In this document: positions 39,001-50,901 of the stretch, in pieces
Position numbering within the stretch: position 1 is the stretch's first letter
Layout: each line of letters begins with the position of its first letter
Source: Lama glama
Lineage: Eukaryota
Reading direction: 5' to 3'
Assembly: GCA_028534125.1 (NCBI GenBank)
Contig: CM052817.1
Coordinates: 79,982,001-80,046,000 of the forward strand
Length of the DNA: 64,000 nucleotides
Notes under the pieces: generated by a model
What the model saw: the letters and a program-made list of their open reading frames with translations, nothing else
Databases searched by the model: none
Told to the model about the DNA's origin: nothing
Position numbers and translations under genes: made by a program

Positions 39001-41807
39001 CATAGTTTTGGCTGAAGGTATAGTAAACTTGGACTACAGACAAAGCGGATGGTCCTTCAGTGATGAAAGAAGAAAAATATTCAGTCCTCTCCTCTGAACA
39101 CAAATAAGCACTGGCTATAATCAGCTAGTTTTGGTGGGCTGGAGTTTAAAATATTTCTAAATTTGGTACACATTGCTTTTGACCATATGTGGTCAGGGTA
39201 AAGTTACTAATGTCTGGGAACATTTCTGGGAAAATAGAGGTATTTCCAAGGAAAGATAAAGAATCTTAGAACTGTAGAGACAGAAGAACCCTGTGGTGGT
39301 CCATTCTTCTGTCTCTAGAAAGGCTAACAGGGAAAGAGTCCATAATAAGTGGATACTCTCTTTGGAGACCTAAGGGAAGAGTGTTTCTGTACCTTCTTGC
39401 TATAATGAACTTTTATTCAGTCTTTGCATGAAAGAAACTGATGAAAAATGGGAATTTGCATGATTACCACAACACACGATTATGGTAACCAGTGTTGCCC
39501 AGTCTTGAAAACTGTCTTGTCAATGTGTCCTTAAGATATGAATGTTCCATGTGTGATCTGTTCAGAGTTCAAAGGAATTGTACTGTTTTACCATCTGCTC
39601 ACTAAACATCTATTGATGAAGCCCAGTTATGGTAGCTTTTTGGGCAATTATTTACTCAATTGGTTTCTACTAACCATGTGATCTTTTATTTATGTTTTTC
39701 AGTATACCAACAAAATGATCTATATTTTCAGAGCATGGACAATTAGAGGTATAGATTTATATGGGGATTAGAGGCCTGGGATTAGGCCACTGAATTTTTA
39801 ACTTTCATGTGATCTTTTTTTGTGTCACTTTTTTCCAAGCCAGATTCTGCCATGCTATACTTACTCAATTTATTCGTTTTTTAAAATTAGAAGTAGAACT
39901 TTACTTGTATCTACATTATTACTAATTTTATCTTAATCTTTCCAATTTATAGGAAGTAATTGCACCATCTGTCCAACTAATTAGAATCCCCAGCTTTATG
40001 ATGCTAAAATTTTGGCAAGAATGATACCTCTATGAAGGTGTGAGCACTATTGGTCAAACTACAACTCCGTACAGTCTTTTAAAATTGAAAATGCAGGAGC
40101 TCGGCAAATCCATCCCTAGGTAACAACTCTGGAGAAAAACTTTATGCACATGGAGACAAGTACAAAGCTTTTTACTACAGGACTGTTTGTAATGACCAAG
40201 ACCTGTGTACAACCTAGATGCACGTCAGTCAGGGAATAGTTAGGTAGTATGGATATATTATACTTCTCTATTTTTTAATTGAGGAATTTCATCTTAAATT
40301 ACTATATTTTTCTTAGTACGTATATTTTCAAGTAAGTTACTGAAGAAAGAAAAAGTAGTACATGCGTATGGTTAAAAAATCAAGTAGTACAACAACAGAA
40401 CAATGAGAAGTCTTCCTTGACTGCAGATTCCAGTCCCCAGGGGCAGACATTCCTGAAACAGTCTGTCTGTAAAAGCACGTATATGGCAGGTGTATGCATG
40501 TTTTCCTTTCATGAAAATAGAAGCATGCTAAACACATTGCAGTACGCTTACACTTTTCACATGTTTTCCACTTTTTCACTGTATTTTGAGATCATTCCAT
40601 AGTCAGACATACAGATTGACTTCATTTTAAAAAACTGAAATACTTTATTATAAAATTGCATCTGGTGATTATAGGCTGTCAAAAAAATATTAAATGAATG
40701 ACCCTATATAATTTCTTTTATAAGCCTATACTGATAACCATTGTACTGTTTGTTTCCAGTCTTTTGCAACCATAAGCAAAGCTGAAGTATGTAAGTTCAG
40801 CCATCTTTGTGCATATATGTGAATATGTCTGTAGGATGAATTCCTAGAAAAGAATTGCTGACTTAAAAGATACACTTATTTCGAATCTGAATGCTAGTGC
40901 TGTCTTGATCTCCCATCAGCAATGAGAGTACTGTTTCCTCCTGCTCTCTAATGCTGTATCTTAAACTTTTTGACTGAGAAATAGAACAATGTACCTGATT
41001 CTAGGTTTAATTTGCATTTCTTTCACTCAGATGTTTTATATTTTAGAAGATTTCTTTGTTTATGTGTTTTGTATTTATCCATATATTTTATTTATGTTTC
41101 TTTTACTATAAACCACTTGTTCGTGTTCCTTTGCCCATGGGTCTTTTTCTCACTGATATTTAAAAAGACTCTTTATTCTTTAGATTACCTTTGCTGTCAT
41201 AGACACTGCATAAACTCCCAGATTGTCATTTATCTTTTGACTTGATTTAGAGCAACACTGGTGGTGAGTACTTGCGTTAAATTTATGTAATCGAAGGGTT
41301 TGTTCATATAGCTTTCCCCAAACCAAGGAGCAGTCTGTCCCAGAGGTAAATTCAGGTCCCCCCCTCCCCGCTTTTTTTCCTACTGTGTTTTGCACATTAA
41401 AAAAAAGTACCTTGAATTGAGGGTCAGGATGCCCCTTTAAACTCATGCCAAATAAGAACAGATGGACAATGAGATTCGAATCTCTCTAATCTGAGCAGAC
41501 CACACAGAAAATAAAGAATAACAGGGCCTTTCTGTAAGAGGCCATCTTTGAAATACATTGTTATTAACAACAATTTATTTGAATGAAATTAATATAAGGA
41601 AGGCTGAGCTCCTCTGATTCAATAGCTCTTCCCACCTAACTCTTACTATAGTGTTGAGCTAATTACACATTATAAACTGACTATATTTCAATAATAAAGA
41701 AAGAAAGAAAGAACATATGAATAAAGTTAATTACTTCTGGCATTCCCCTCGGTAAAAGGTAAAAGAACAAGTCTTTTCTTGTTCTTGTTCTAGGAACTGA
41801 TTAGATT

Positions 41808-42436
41808 ATTTTTCTAAATTGAAGTATAGTCAATTTACAATATTGTGTTAATTTCTGATGTACAGCCTAGTGATACATTTATACAGATATATATTCCTTT
41901 TCATATTCTTTTTCATTATAGGCCATTACAAGGTATTGAATATAGTTCCCCATGCTATACAGTAGGACTTTGTTGTTTATCTATTTTATATATAGTAGTT
42001 AGTATCTGCAAATTCCAAACTCCCAATTTATCCCTTCCCACCCACTTCCCACCTTGGTAACCACAAGTTTGTTTTCTATGTCTGTGAGTCTGTTTCTGTT
42101 TTGTAAATAAGTTTGTGTCTTTTTTTTTTTTTTTTTAAGATTCCATGTATGAGTGATATTGTATGGTATTATTCTTTCTCTTTCTGTCTTACTTCACCTA
42201 GTATGATGATCTCCAGGTCCATCCATGTTGCCGCAGATGGCATTATTTCATTCTTTTTTTGTGGCTGATCAGTATTCCATTGTATAAATATGTATCACAA
42301 CTTCTTTATCCAGTCATCTGTCAGTGGATTTAGGTTGCTTCCATGTCTTGGCTACTGTAAATGGTGCTGCTGTGAATATTTCGAATTAGAGTTTCCTCTG
42401 GATATATGCCCAGGAGTGGGATTGCTGGATCATAGG
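41808..42436 (-). mobile_element. L1 3' end (artiodactyl-type)
   Basis: attgaagtatagtcaatttacaat..ccaggagtgggattgctggatcat; highly similar to 54642-55222. Confidence 0.88.
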
Positions 42437-43409
42437 GATATACTAGGCTTTAGAAGTCAGTAATTTGTGTATTTTAGTGGGCTTTCATAAGGAAATGGGC
42501 TTAGTATGTTTTCATTAAAAAACAGTTAACATTTAGAGTTCCACAGTCATTGACCACACCCATACATAACGTAGATGAGGAGTTTTGGTTTCAAAAACAA
42601 CTTTCTAAAACAAAATTAGTGCATGTGTTCATTTTAAAAAATGTATTTGTTCAGATTCTTCTTAGTGCACTAGGCCCGAGGACACAGCAATGTTTAGCGC
42701 AAAAAAGATCTCTCCTTTAAGGAACTTTGTATTATATTGGAGTGAGGGGACTGATGATAAATAAGGAAACAAATAAACAAGATACAGTTTTAGCGAATAA
42801 GTTTTATGTATTAGTGAGTAGCCAGGGGTTATTTATAAAATAAAAATAATTTGACAATCCAAAGTAATCAGTACTAACATTTTAATATTTCTCATTCTAA
42901 TGTGTTTGGGAGTATATTTAACAAATGGAATACTATTCTACAGTTCTGTAAATGACTTCTTTCAATTAACAATATATTGCAAACATTTTTCCATGTTATG
43001 CATTCTCCCACAAAACTGTGCGGCCGCATGGAACACACTGGTTTGTATGAATACAACATGATTTATTCAAGTTAATTTGTTCAACTTTAATTATTTAGAT
43101 TATCCCTTATTTTTTCTCATTATAATCAATGTTGTAATGAACCGCAAGTTTGTTAAGTGTATACATCCTCGATTTTTCTCTTTAAATTTCTTGCACCAAA
43201 ACTGTTGGCTCAAATGATATTTAATTTCAGAAATTTAAGGACTTGATGCTCACACCAAGTTGCCTTTCCAAAATGCTGTAATAATGTAGCTTCCGTCTGG
43301 CAGTTCATTAAGTCTCCAGTTTACCTGGTCCTTGACACCCCTGGGTGATGGCATTTCTTTTTTTCTCTCAACTTTAGAGGAGAAAATTTTCATTTTTATT
43401 TCAGCATGA

Positions 43410-45249
43410 ATTTATTTTTTCTGAGATTTAATTCACATACCATAAAATGCACCATTTTCAAGTGTACAGTTCGGACTTTTTTCGTATATTCAGAAAGTTG
43501 TGCAACCATCACCACTATCTAATTCCAGAACTTTTTCATCACTCCAAGAATCCCCTATACCCACTAGCAGTCACTCCCCAGTCCCCTCTTCTTCCAGCCC
43601 TTGGCAACCACTCATCTGCTTTGTATTTCTATGGATTTGTCCATTCTGAATCTTTTGTACAAATGAAGTCATGCAAAAGCTGGCCTTTCTGACCTAGCTT
43701 ACTGTTTCAAGTTTCATCCATGTATCAGTATGCCATTTCTTATTGCCAAATAATATTCCATTGTATGGATATATCACATTTTTTAATCCATTCATCAGTT
43801 GATAGACATTTGTTAGAGATAGACATTTGATAGAATTTTTCCACTTTGGGGCTATTATGAATAATGCTGCTATGAATATTCACTGACATATTTTTGTATG
43901 AACCTATGTTTTCATTTCACTTGTATATATGTGTATGAATGGAATTGCTGGGTCATGTGGTGACTCTATGTTCTTCTAATTTTTTGAGGAACTGGCTGGC
44001 TGTTTTCTGTATTGGCTGTACTTCATGTTCCCACCAGCAACGTATGGACATTCCAGTTATTCCATACCTTTGATTACCCTTGTTATTTTCTGTTTTTTAA
44101 ATTATAGCTATCTTAGTATGTGTGAAGTGATATCTCATTGTGGTTTTGACTTACATTTTCCTAACGACTAATTATATTGAACATCTTTTCATGTATTTAT
44201 TGGCTATTTTTATAGCTTCTTTGGAGAAATGTCTAGTCACCAAATACTTTGCTGACTTTTAAGTTGGGTTATCTTTTCTCTGTTGAGTTGTAGCTGTTCT
44301 TTATATATTTAGGAGACTAGACTCTCATCATATATGTAATTTGCAAATATTTTCTCCCATTCTCTAGGTACCTTTCATTTTCTTGACAGTGTGATTTGAT
44401 ACACAAAAGATTTAATTTGGATAAAGTATAATGTATCTGTTCCCTTTTGTTGCTTTTGTCTTTAGTGCCATATCTAAGAACCATAACCTAATCCAAAGTC
44501 ACAAAGATTAACACTTATGTTTTTTCTAAGAGTTTCATAGTTTTAGCTCTTACATTTAAGTCTATTATCTACACTGAGTTAATTTTTTAATATATATATG
44601 GACAGGGTTCCAAATTTATTCTTTTTCTTGTGAATATCCAGTTGTCCAGCGTGATTTGTTGGAAAGACTGTTCTTCCCCCATTGAATGCGCTTAGCACCT
44701 GTGTTGAAAATCAGTTGATCATTAATGTCAGTTTATTTTTTGGCAATATGTCTATCCTTAATCCAGTACCAGACTGTCCTGTACATGGTAGCTTTGTTGA
44801 AAGTTTTGAAATCAAGTCTTCCATCTCTGTTCTTATTCAAGACTTTTTTGGCTAGTCTGGGTCCTTTGCCTGTCCATATTAATTTTAGAGTCCACTTGTC
44901 AAGTTCTTCAAAAAAGGAGGTTGGAATTTTGACAGAGAATGCAATGAATCTGTACATATTACCATCTTAATATTCTCATCCATAAATACAGATATCTTTC
45001 CATTTACATATATCTTAACTTTTTCCAAGCAATGTATTATAGTTTTCAGTATACAGGTTTTGAACTTCTCTGGTTAAATTTATTCCTAAATACTTTATTC
45101 ATTTTGATGCTATTGTAAATGGAATTGTTTTCTTAATTTCATTTTTGGATTGTTCTTTGCTAGTGTAAAGAAATACAATTGATTTTTAACATATTGATCT
45201 TATATCCTGCAACTTTGGTGAACTCATTAATAAATCATAGCTCTGATAG

Positions 45250-45284
<35 letters not shown>

Positions 45285-45400
45285 CTCTAGGGTTTTCTAT
45301 ATGTAAGATTGTGTCATTTACAAATACAAATAGATTTCTTCTTTGTAATCTGGATCCTTTTATTTTATTTCTTGCCTAATTGCCCTTGCTAGAACCTCCA
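43410..45400 (-). mobile_element. L1MB-like 5'-truncated L1 with internal (TG)n 45252-45282
   Basis: attcacataccataaaat..aagtgtacagttc 3' end. Minus ORF 44733-44957 (YRFIAFSVKIPTSFFEELDK..VWYW) is decayed ORF2. Confidence 0.88.
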
Positions 45401-45401
45401 T

Positions 45402-45540
45402 TATAAGACCCCACTCTTATGACCTCATTTAACCTTTATTACCTCCTTATAAAGGCCATATCTCCAAATACAGTCACATTGCAAGTTAGAGCTTCAACAT
45501 AGGAATTTGTGGGGGGACACACAATTCAATCTATGACAGT
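45402..45540. mobile_element. MLT1 LTR fragment
   Basis: cccactcttatgacctcatttaacctt..tctccaaatacagtcacatt..gcttcaacat. Confidence 0.75.
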
Positions 45541-47579
45541 TATCTACATCTTGCAGGAGTTGTAAAGTTGCTCAAAGAGAAAAGTATGGAGACCCCCACA
45601 GAATCGGATAATCTAGACAATGCGTAATTTCTGTGGAAGATATTTAGTAACCATTTTTGTCCATTTAAAAGTGTTTTCTTTTTTCCCCCTACAATTAATC
45701 AATGAATTTTACAATATTGTCATATAGTTTTTAAAAAATGTGCTAAAATTTAAACTAGTATTGTTTAAATTTTTAAAATGTGATCAGAGGAATTTCATAT
45801 TGTTATTTTACTGTATGTTTCCATCCAGGAATACTTGAGTTTTTTTTTTTTAAGCTCTCATTAAGTCTTTGTACTTTTCATCATTTAGATTCTGAACAAT
45901 TCTTATTAATTCCAAAGTAATTCATCTTGGTATTATGAGGGAAATTCCTCTTTGGTTTATAGTGTCTAAATAGTTATCACTGGAACTTAATGGTTTTTTA
46001 AAATAATGAGTTTTGTATTCATCATTGGTTCCAGTTTGTCAAAATTATTTTTATATTCATCCTTATAGTTGGGTAAATTGAGACTGTAAGTGTTTTGATT
46101 GCTCATGGTTCAGCTGAGAGCAGATTTGATTGCATCTAAGAATAGTTTATCTGTCTCTCTGTGTGGGTATAAGTGTGTGCTGAGAAGAGTCTTTGTAGGA
46201 ACTTAAGACAACATTCTTAATGGTCTTCTTGGAATTAACACTATTTGTCTTGGAGACCTAGATTTCCAGACCTGAATTAACCATTTCCTGTGATATCTCC
46301 TCTCCTGGTTTTGCAAGGAACTAGGAAACACATGTTTATTGTACTTGGGATGCAGTACCTATTCCACAAGACCTGTAGTCCATTAGCATCCAAATTACTT
46401 AACTGCTTGTAGCTGTTCCCCAAGTTTCCGGATGCTACTGTTAAAAAATATTTTCACTTAGATTTTATCCCTTTGCTCTTGGAATACTCCGGTTTCTGTG
46501 ATACAGAGTTCAAGGCTTATTCAAATCTAACTTGATTTCAAAGTAAGTGGCAACCTGGCGAGTGCTACGAAAGCTTTAAGCAATCCCTAGGATCCTGCAG
46601 AGATCGTCTGGAAGGGAGCTGTTTGTCTTAACAGATATTCAGTGCAGATAAACCCTGTCCATTTTGGAGAGAGATGTCAGAGATCATACAACAACCCAGA
46701 GAAGAGTATACCTGGTTTTAAATCTCCAAAGTATTCGTACACCTATTTAACATCCTAGGAATACATCCAGAGTTAAACCCCTCTTGGAGACAAATGCACT
46801 CATGGATAATTTTTCGAAACCAAATGTTCTTAAATAGAGGAAATTCTGGATTCTCACCTCTTCCTAGAAGCTTTCCCTAAGCCCTGCCTACCCTCCAGCT
46901 GAATTACTCCTTGTCTGAAATTTCACCATTTATGGCCTTGACACTTTCTACCGGTATTTGTGTTGCCCACGGCCCCTGTGTATCACTCTCACTGTGCCAG
47001 AAGATCCCGCTGATTGGGCATCTCCCACTGCACTTACTGAAATGCTTTGCACATAGTAGGCGCTCAGTATACAAAGTTTTATAGACAGATATTTTGCTAA
47101 TCTGTAGCACCTGCTTAAATTCTACTGAAAATTAGCAAAGTGCAATTAACTTCAATTTTGTAGTTGGGGATTTTCAGAAAGAAAAAAAAAACCAAAAAAC
47201 TACCCTCCCTCCAAGAAATGCCTGTTTAGTTAGGATGAGACATTAACATGCTTCTATTACGATAAGCATTTGAGATCCATCTTCATCTTTACACGTTGCC
47301 TAATTCCAGTTAGGTTAGTAGAAGAAAAATCTTTTCCTTAGAGCAACCCAATCCACTCCCCTCCTCTGGCCTTTTTCTTTATGTTGGTAAACTACTTCAG
47401 CCTCTGCCGTCAATTTTAACAGTTTGTGCCTGAGTACCCTTCGTATTTTGGTGATTAGAGATGTTCAAAACCTGTTCTGACACACAGCCCTTCCTCGCTT
47501 CCGATTCCTCTACTTCTTGGGGGTGGAACTAGTTTCTCTGAGTAGAGACGCTGGCAGGGAAAAAGAATGGGGGAAAATT

Positions 47580-47850
47580 GCATTTAAACTTTTAAAAGTT
47601 GAGTCACGGCTGGTTGCACAGCAGAGGCTCCGCAATGTGGAGTAAATACTAAATGTAGTTTGCGTGCCGCGGGGTTGGACTGGGGCGACTTCTGGGGAAT
47701 CGGCGGGGTCGATCCCCTACCGCTGCGGAGCCTCCCGCCGCGGCCCCGCACCTCCCCCGCCCCCGGCGGTGTTCGGGCTCCCCACCCCGGCACTGATGTC
47801 GCGCGCTTGCGTGCTGCGGCCAAAGCTCCCGACCCAGAGGCCGGCCCCAG
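47580..47850 (+). promoter_or_regulatory. FGF2: FGF2 TATA-less proximal promoter with AP-1 site (TGAGTCA 47600-47606) and GC boxes; TSS inferred near 47842
   Basis: TGAGTCA and CCCCCGCCCCC (~47754-47764) are seen directly. CGGCCCCAGAA at 47842 resembles the recalled 5' end of human FGF2 mRNA, which would put AP-1 about 240 bp upstream as in human. Confidence 0.75.
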
Positions 47851-48306
47851 AATACCCGGGGCGAGTAGGGGGCGGCGCGCTGGGAGGGAGGAGGGCCGGG
47901 GGCGTGGGAGGGCTGGTGGGCGTTGCGGGTGGAGATGTAGAAGATGCGACGCCGCGGCCCGGCCGGTGCCAGACCAGCGGACGCGGTACCCGCGGTTGCA
48001 ACCACATCCTGGGCTCTGCAGCTTGGGTAGGCGGCCCTTCCGAGAGCAGCGGCCGCGGAGACACCCAGCCCTAACCCCCAGCTCCTAGGCGCTGGGCTCA
48101 CCGAGCTCTAGGGCCGGCAGAGAGGGAAGCAGCGGAACAGCGCGAGGCTGGGGGCCCGCGGGCGCGGCCGCGTGCCGCGGGGCGGGAGGCTGGGGGGCCG
48201 GGGCCGGGGCCGCGCCTCGGAGCGCGTCGGAGGCCGGGGCCGGGGGGCGGCGGCTCCCCGCGCGGCTCCAGGGGCTCGGGAATCCCGGCAGGGCCCTGGT
48301 GGGGCC
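47842..48306 (+). other. FGF2: FGF2 5' leader (IRES-homologous region, uORFs, alternative starts)
   Basis: Colinear with the recalled human leader (e.g. CTGGTGGG..GGTGGAGATGTAGAAGATG). G-tract rich. Confidence 0.75.
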
Positions 48307-48484
48307 ATGGCAGCTGGGAGCATCACCACGCTGCCCGCCCTGCCGGAGGACGGCGGCAGCGGCGCCTTCCCGCCCGGCCACTTCAAGGACCCCAAGCGGT
48401 TGTACTGCAAAAACGGGGGCTTCTTCCTGCGCATCCACCCCGACGGCCGAGTGGACGGGGTCCGGGAGAAGAGCGACCCTCACA
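48148..48484 (+). CDS. FGF2: CUG-initiated high-molecular-weight FGF2 N-terminal extensions (CUG 48148, +53 aa; CUG 48190, +39 aa)
   Basis: Both CTGs are in frame with ATG 48307 and in aggCTGG context. The extension LGARGRGRVPRGGRLGGRGRGRASERVGGRGRGAAAPRAAPGARESRQGPGGA carries the GR-repeat NLS known from mammalian HMW FGF2. The frame is closed upstream by TAG 48109-48111. Confidence 0.85.
48307..48484 (+). CDS. FGF2: FGF2 exon 1 coding part (AUG-initiated 18-kDa isoform, first 59 codons + 1 nt; gene continues beyond the window)
   Basis: Translation MAAGSITTLPALPEDGGSGAFPPGHFKDPKRLYCKNGGFFLRIHPDGRVDGVREKSDPH is the canonical FGF2 N-terminus. Strong Kozak gccATGG. Phase-1 donor CACA|GTGAGT at 48484/48485. 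The 'SEC*' tail in the ORF track is intron read-through. Confidence 0.98.
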
Positions 48485-49188
48485 GTGAGTGCTAGCCTGC
48501 TCTTCCTCCCCTGTGCCGTTTTAAATTCCTGCGGTTCTCTCCCCTGCCTCTGCCTTCCAGCCTCCGCGCTCCTTCCTTCTTTTCACTCTGACCCCAGTGG
48601 GACTTGTGGTTTCTCTCCGCGCGGCCCTCGGCGGTTTCAGGTTCACCACTCGCCCCGGCCTCCCCCGAGCTGCGGTGGCGGGTAGACGCTCCCCCAGGCT
48701 TTGGAGTGTGCCAGTTTCCCCTGGTAAACCAGCCCCCTGGGTCTGGAGCCGCAGAGCGCCTGGGCCTTGCCGGCCGGCTCCCTGCGCGCAACCTGTCGTG
48801 TCGGGGATGCCCGGCCTCGGAGCAGAGGTGAGCTGCTCGCCCAGGTGCCGCCCGCGACCCCAGCCTGAAGTTGAGACCCCTTGTCTCTGGGATGCGCGCA
48901 GTCCCGCCGACAAAGCCAGGAGGGACCAAAGCCTAATTAAACTTTCCTTATTGGAAAAAATACCTTTCCAGAGTCTTGCCCTTAAATTCTAATTCTGTAG
49001 GATCCGAGGCAGCAGGCACACTGTCCTCCCCCACCCACTTCTATTTTTCCCCCGAATTTCCGAAAGCAGAAAGTGCAAAAAATACGGACTTTATTAATAA
49101 GGTGCTATAGATCTTTGTTTCAATAGTGAGAACTGCAAAACCTTTAATCTTTCACGTGCAGAGTTATTAGCTGTGGGACCTTGAGTGA

Positions 49189-50272
49189 CACTTAACCCTT
49201 TGAGCCCATTTCGTTATCACGAAAGTGGGGATAATATCTACCTTGCATCAGGTTTGAGGATCAAATGAGAATTTATATGAGAAGTGAGCAAAGCACTCAA
49301 TTTACTGGTCTACACTTTTGTTTTCTTTAAAAAATAATCCGTGGTTATAGAATTAACACTGGCCTAAGTCATTAGTTCTCAAACTTCAGGGGTGCATTAG
49401 AATCACCTGGAAGGTTTGTTGTAACACATTGCTGAGTCATCTCCCAGAGTTTCTGATTCCATAGATCTGGAGTGGGGCCTGATAAATTTGCATTTCTAAC
49501 AAGTTGCCAGGTGATGCTCACCGTGGACCACACTTTGAGACCCGCTGGTCTAGAGAAAATAGGAAGAAAAAGGTATAAAATGGGCTGATTAAAAACACTG
49601 ATTTTGAAGTGAGAGAAAGAGATCAGATATGTTTTAACTGTCATCCTGTAAGTGTAGGTAAAACATCTGTTTTAAAAGCTGTTTGCTTTGCGAGTCCTTT
49701 ATGGGTTTCAGGTGGCAAACCTGATCCTAACCTGATCCTTCTTTGCCCAAGAAAAGACCCACAAGAGTTGATCTTTAACCTAATGATGCTAATGGTGTGT
49801 CCTTCACGCTGGGGTGAGGGGGTAGGAAGAGGAGGAAGCTCTGCAGTCAAACCTGAGTTGACAAAATTCAGGAATGGGAAATGTGCTTTTATAAAAATTG
49901 AGTTTTTATTGATTCCAAAATAGCAGCAAGCAAAAGACGCAGGTCTGTCATTTTTTTTCGGGCCTGCCATAATTAAAAAAACTTATCAACCCCTTACATT
50001 ATTCAGTAAAACTGGAAAGACGCTTATAGCCCAATGTGTTATAACAAACCTTCCAGGTGACTCTAATGCACCTCTAAAGTTTGAGAACTAATGACTTAGG
50101 CCAGTGTTAATCCTATAACCAAAGATTATTTTTTCAAGAAAACAAAGGCATAGATTAGTAAATTGAGTCTTCTGCTCACTTTTTATATAAATTCTCATTT
50201 GATCCTCAAACCTGATGCAAGGTAAATACTATCCACACTTTCATGATGAGGAAATGGGCTCAAGGGTTAGTG
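49189..50272. repeat. Long inverted repeat: arms 49189-49431 and 50032-50272, 600-nt spacer
   Basis: Manual reverse-complement alignment gives about 24 mismatches and 2 single-base gaps over ~243 nt. Confidence 0.95.
49372..49552. mobile_element. MER5A-like MITE (preceded by MIR fragment ~49160-49290)
   Basis: gttctcaaactt..gcattagaatcacctgga..gtttctgattc..tttgcatttctaacaagtt..ggaccacactttgag. Confidence 0.8.
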
Positions 50273-50680
50273 CTCTTTCTCTATTTTGGTAACTTAAATA
50301 GGTTTCTTGAAATTGTTTTTGTGTTTGGAGTTTGTTCTGCAGTTGTCTGCCAGGCTGGCCCGGCTGATCAGGGCAAGGTGCATATGTGTCCCAATTTGTT
50401 TTGCTCTTTTCTAGTAGCACAAAAAGGAGCATGTTGTATGACTAGAAGACAGAAGAACTATCCTCCCGATTAGGTTCCTATTGCAGCTTCCCATAGTACT
50501 CATTTTTTTTTTCAAGCATTTTATTGGTTGCAATTTTTTTCTTTAGAGCAAAACTGTAGGGGCTAGCAACTGAGGGTAATTCTGAAGTGCTTACCACATT
50601 ACCATGCTTGTAAATACGACTGTTAACTTTTTATTCCCAATTCTGGGTTGCACTGTTATTTTTGCAATCTTATTTTAACT

Positions 50681-50901
50681 CAGTGGTACTCAAATAGGGT
50701 TGATACTGCTCCTACCCCGGGAACATCTGGCAATGCCTGGAGACATTTTTGGTTGTCCTATATCTGGAAGGCTGCTACTGGCATTTAGTAAGGAGAGGCT
50801 AGGGATGCTGTTAAATATCCTATAGTGCACACCTCCCTAGTCCCTTAGCAAAAAATGTTCTGACCCTAAATCTTACTAGTACCAAGGTTCAAAAACCCTG
50901 C
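50681..50901. mobile_element. MER20 DNA transposon relic
   Basis: cagtggtactcaa..ggcaatgcctggagacatttttggttgtc..tgctactggcat..agaggctagggatgctg..aaaccctg. Confidence 0.85.

Larger units (their letters stand above)
47620..48920. promoter_or_regulatory. CpG island over FGF2 promoter, exon 1 and intron 1 start
   Basis: Abrupt switch to very GC- and CpG-rich sequence against a CpG-depleted AT-rich background. Confidence 0.95.

Noticed and set aside
38820..39110. Polypyrimidine tract + AG at ~38848 and a 79-aa minus ORF
   Set aside because: No convincing exon partner or homology; a chance occurrence is likely.
47584..48992. Many overlapping 75-150 aa ORFs on both strands
   Set aside because: Expected from stop-codon scarcity in a CpG island. 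Only the FGF2 frame and leader elements are supportable.
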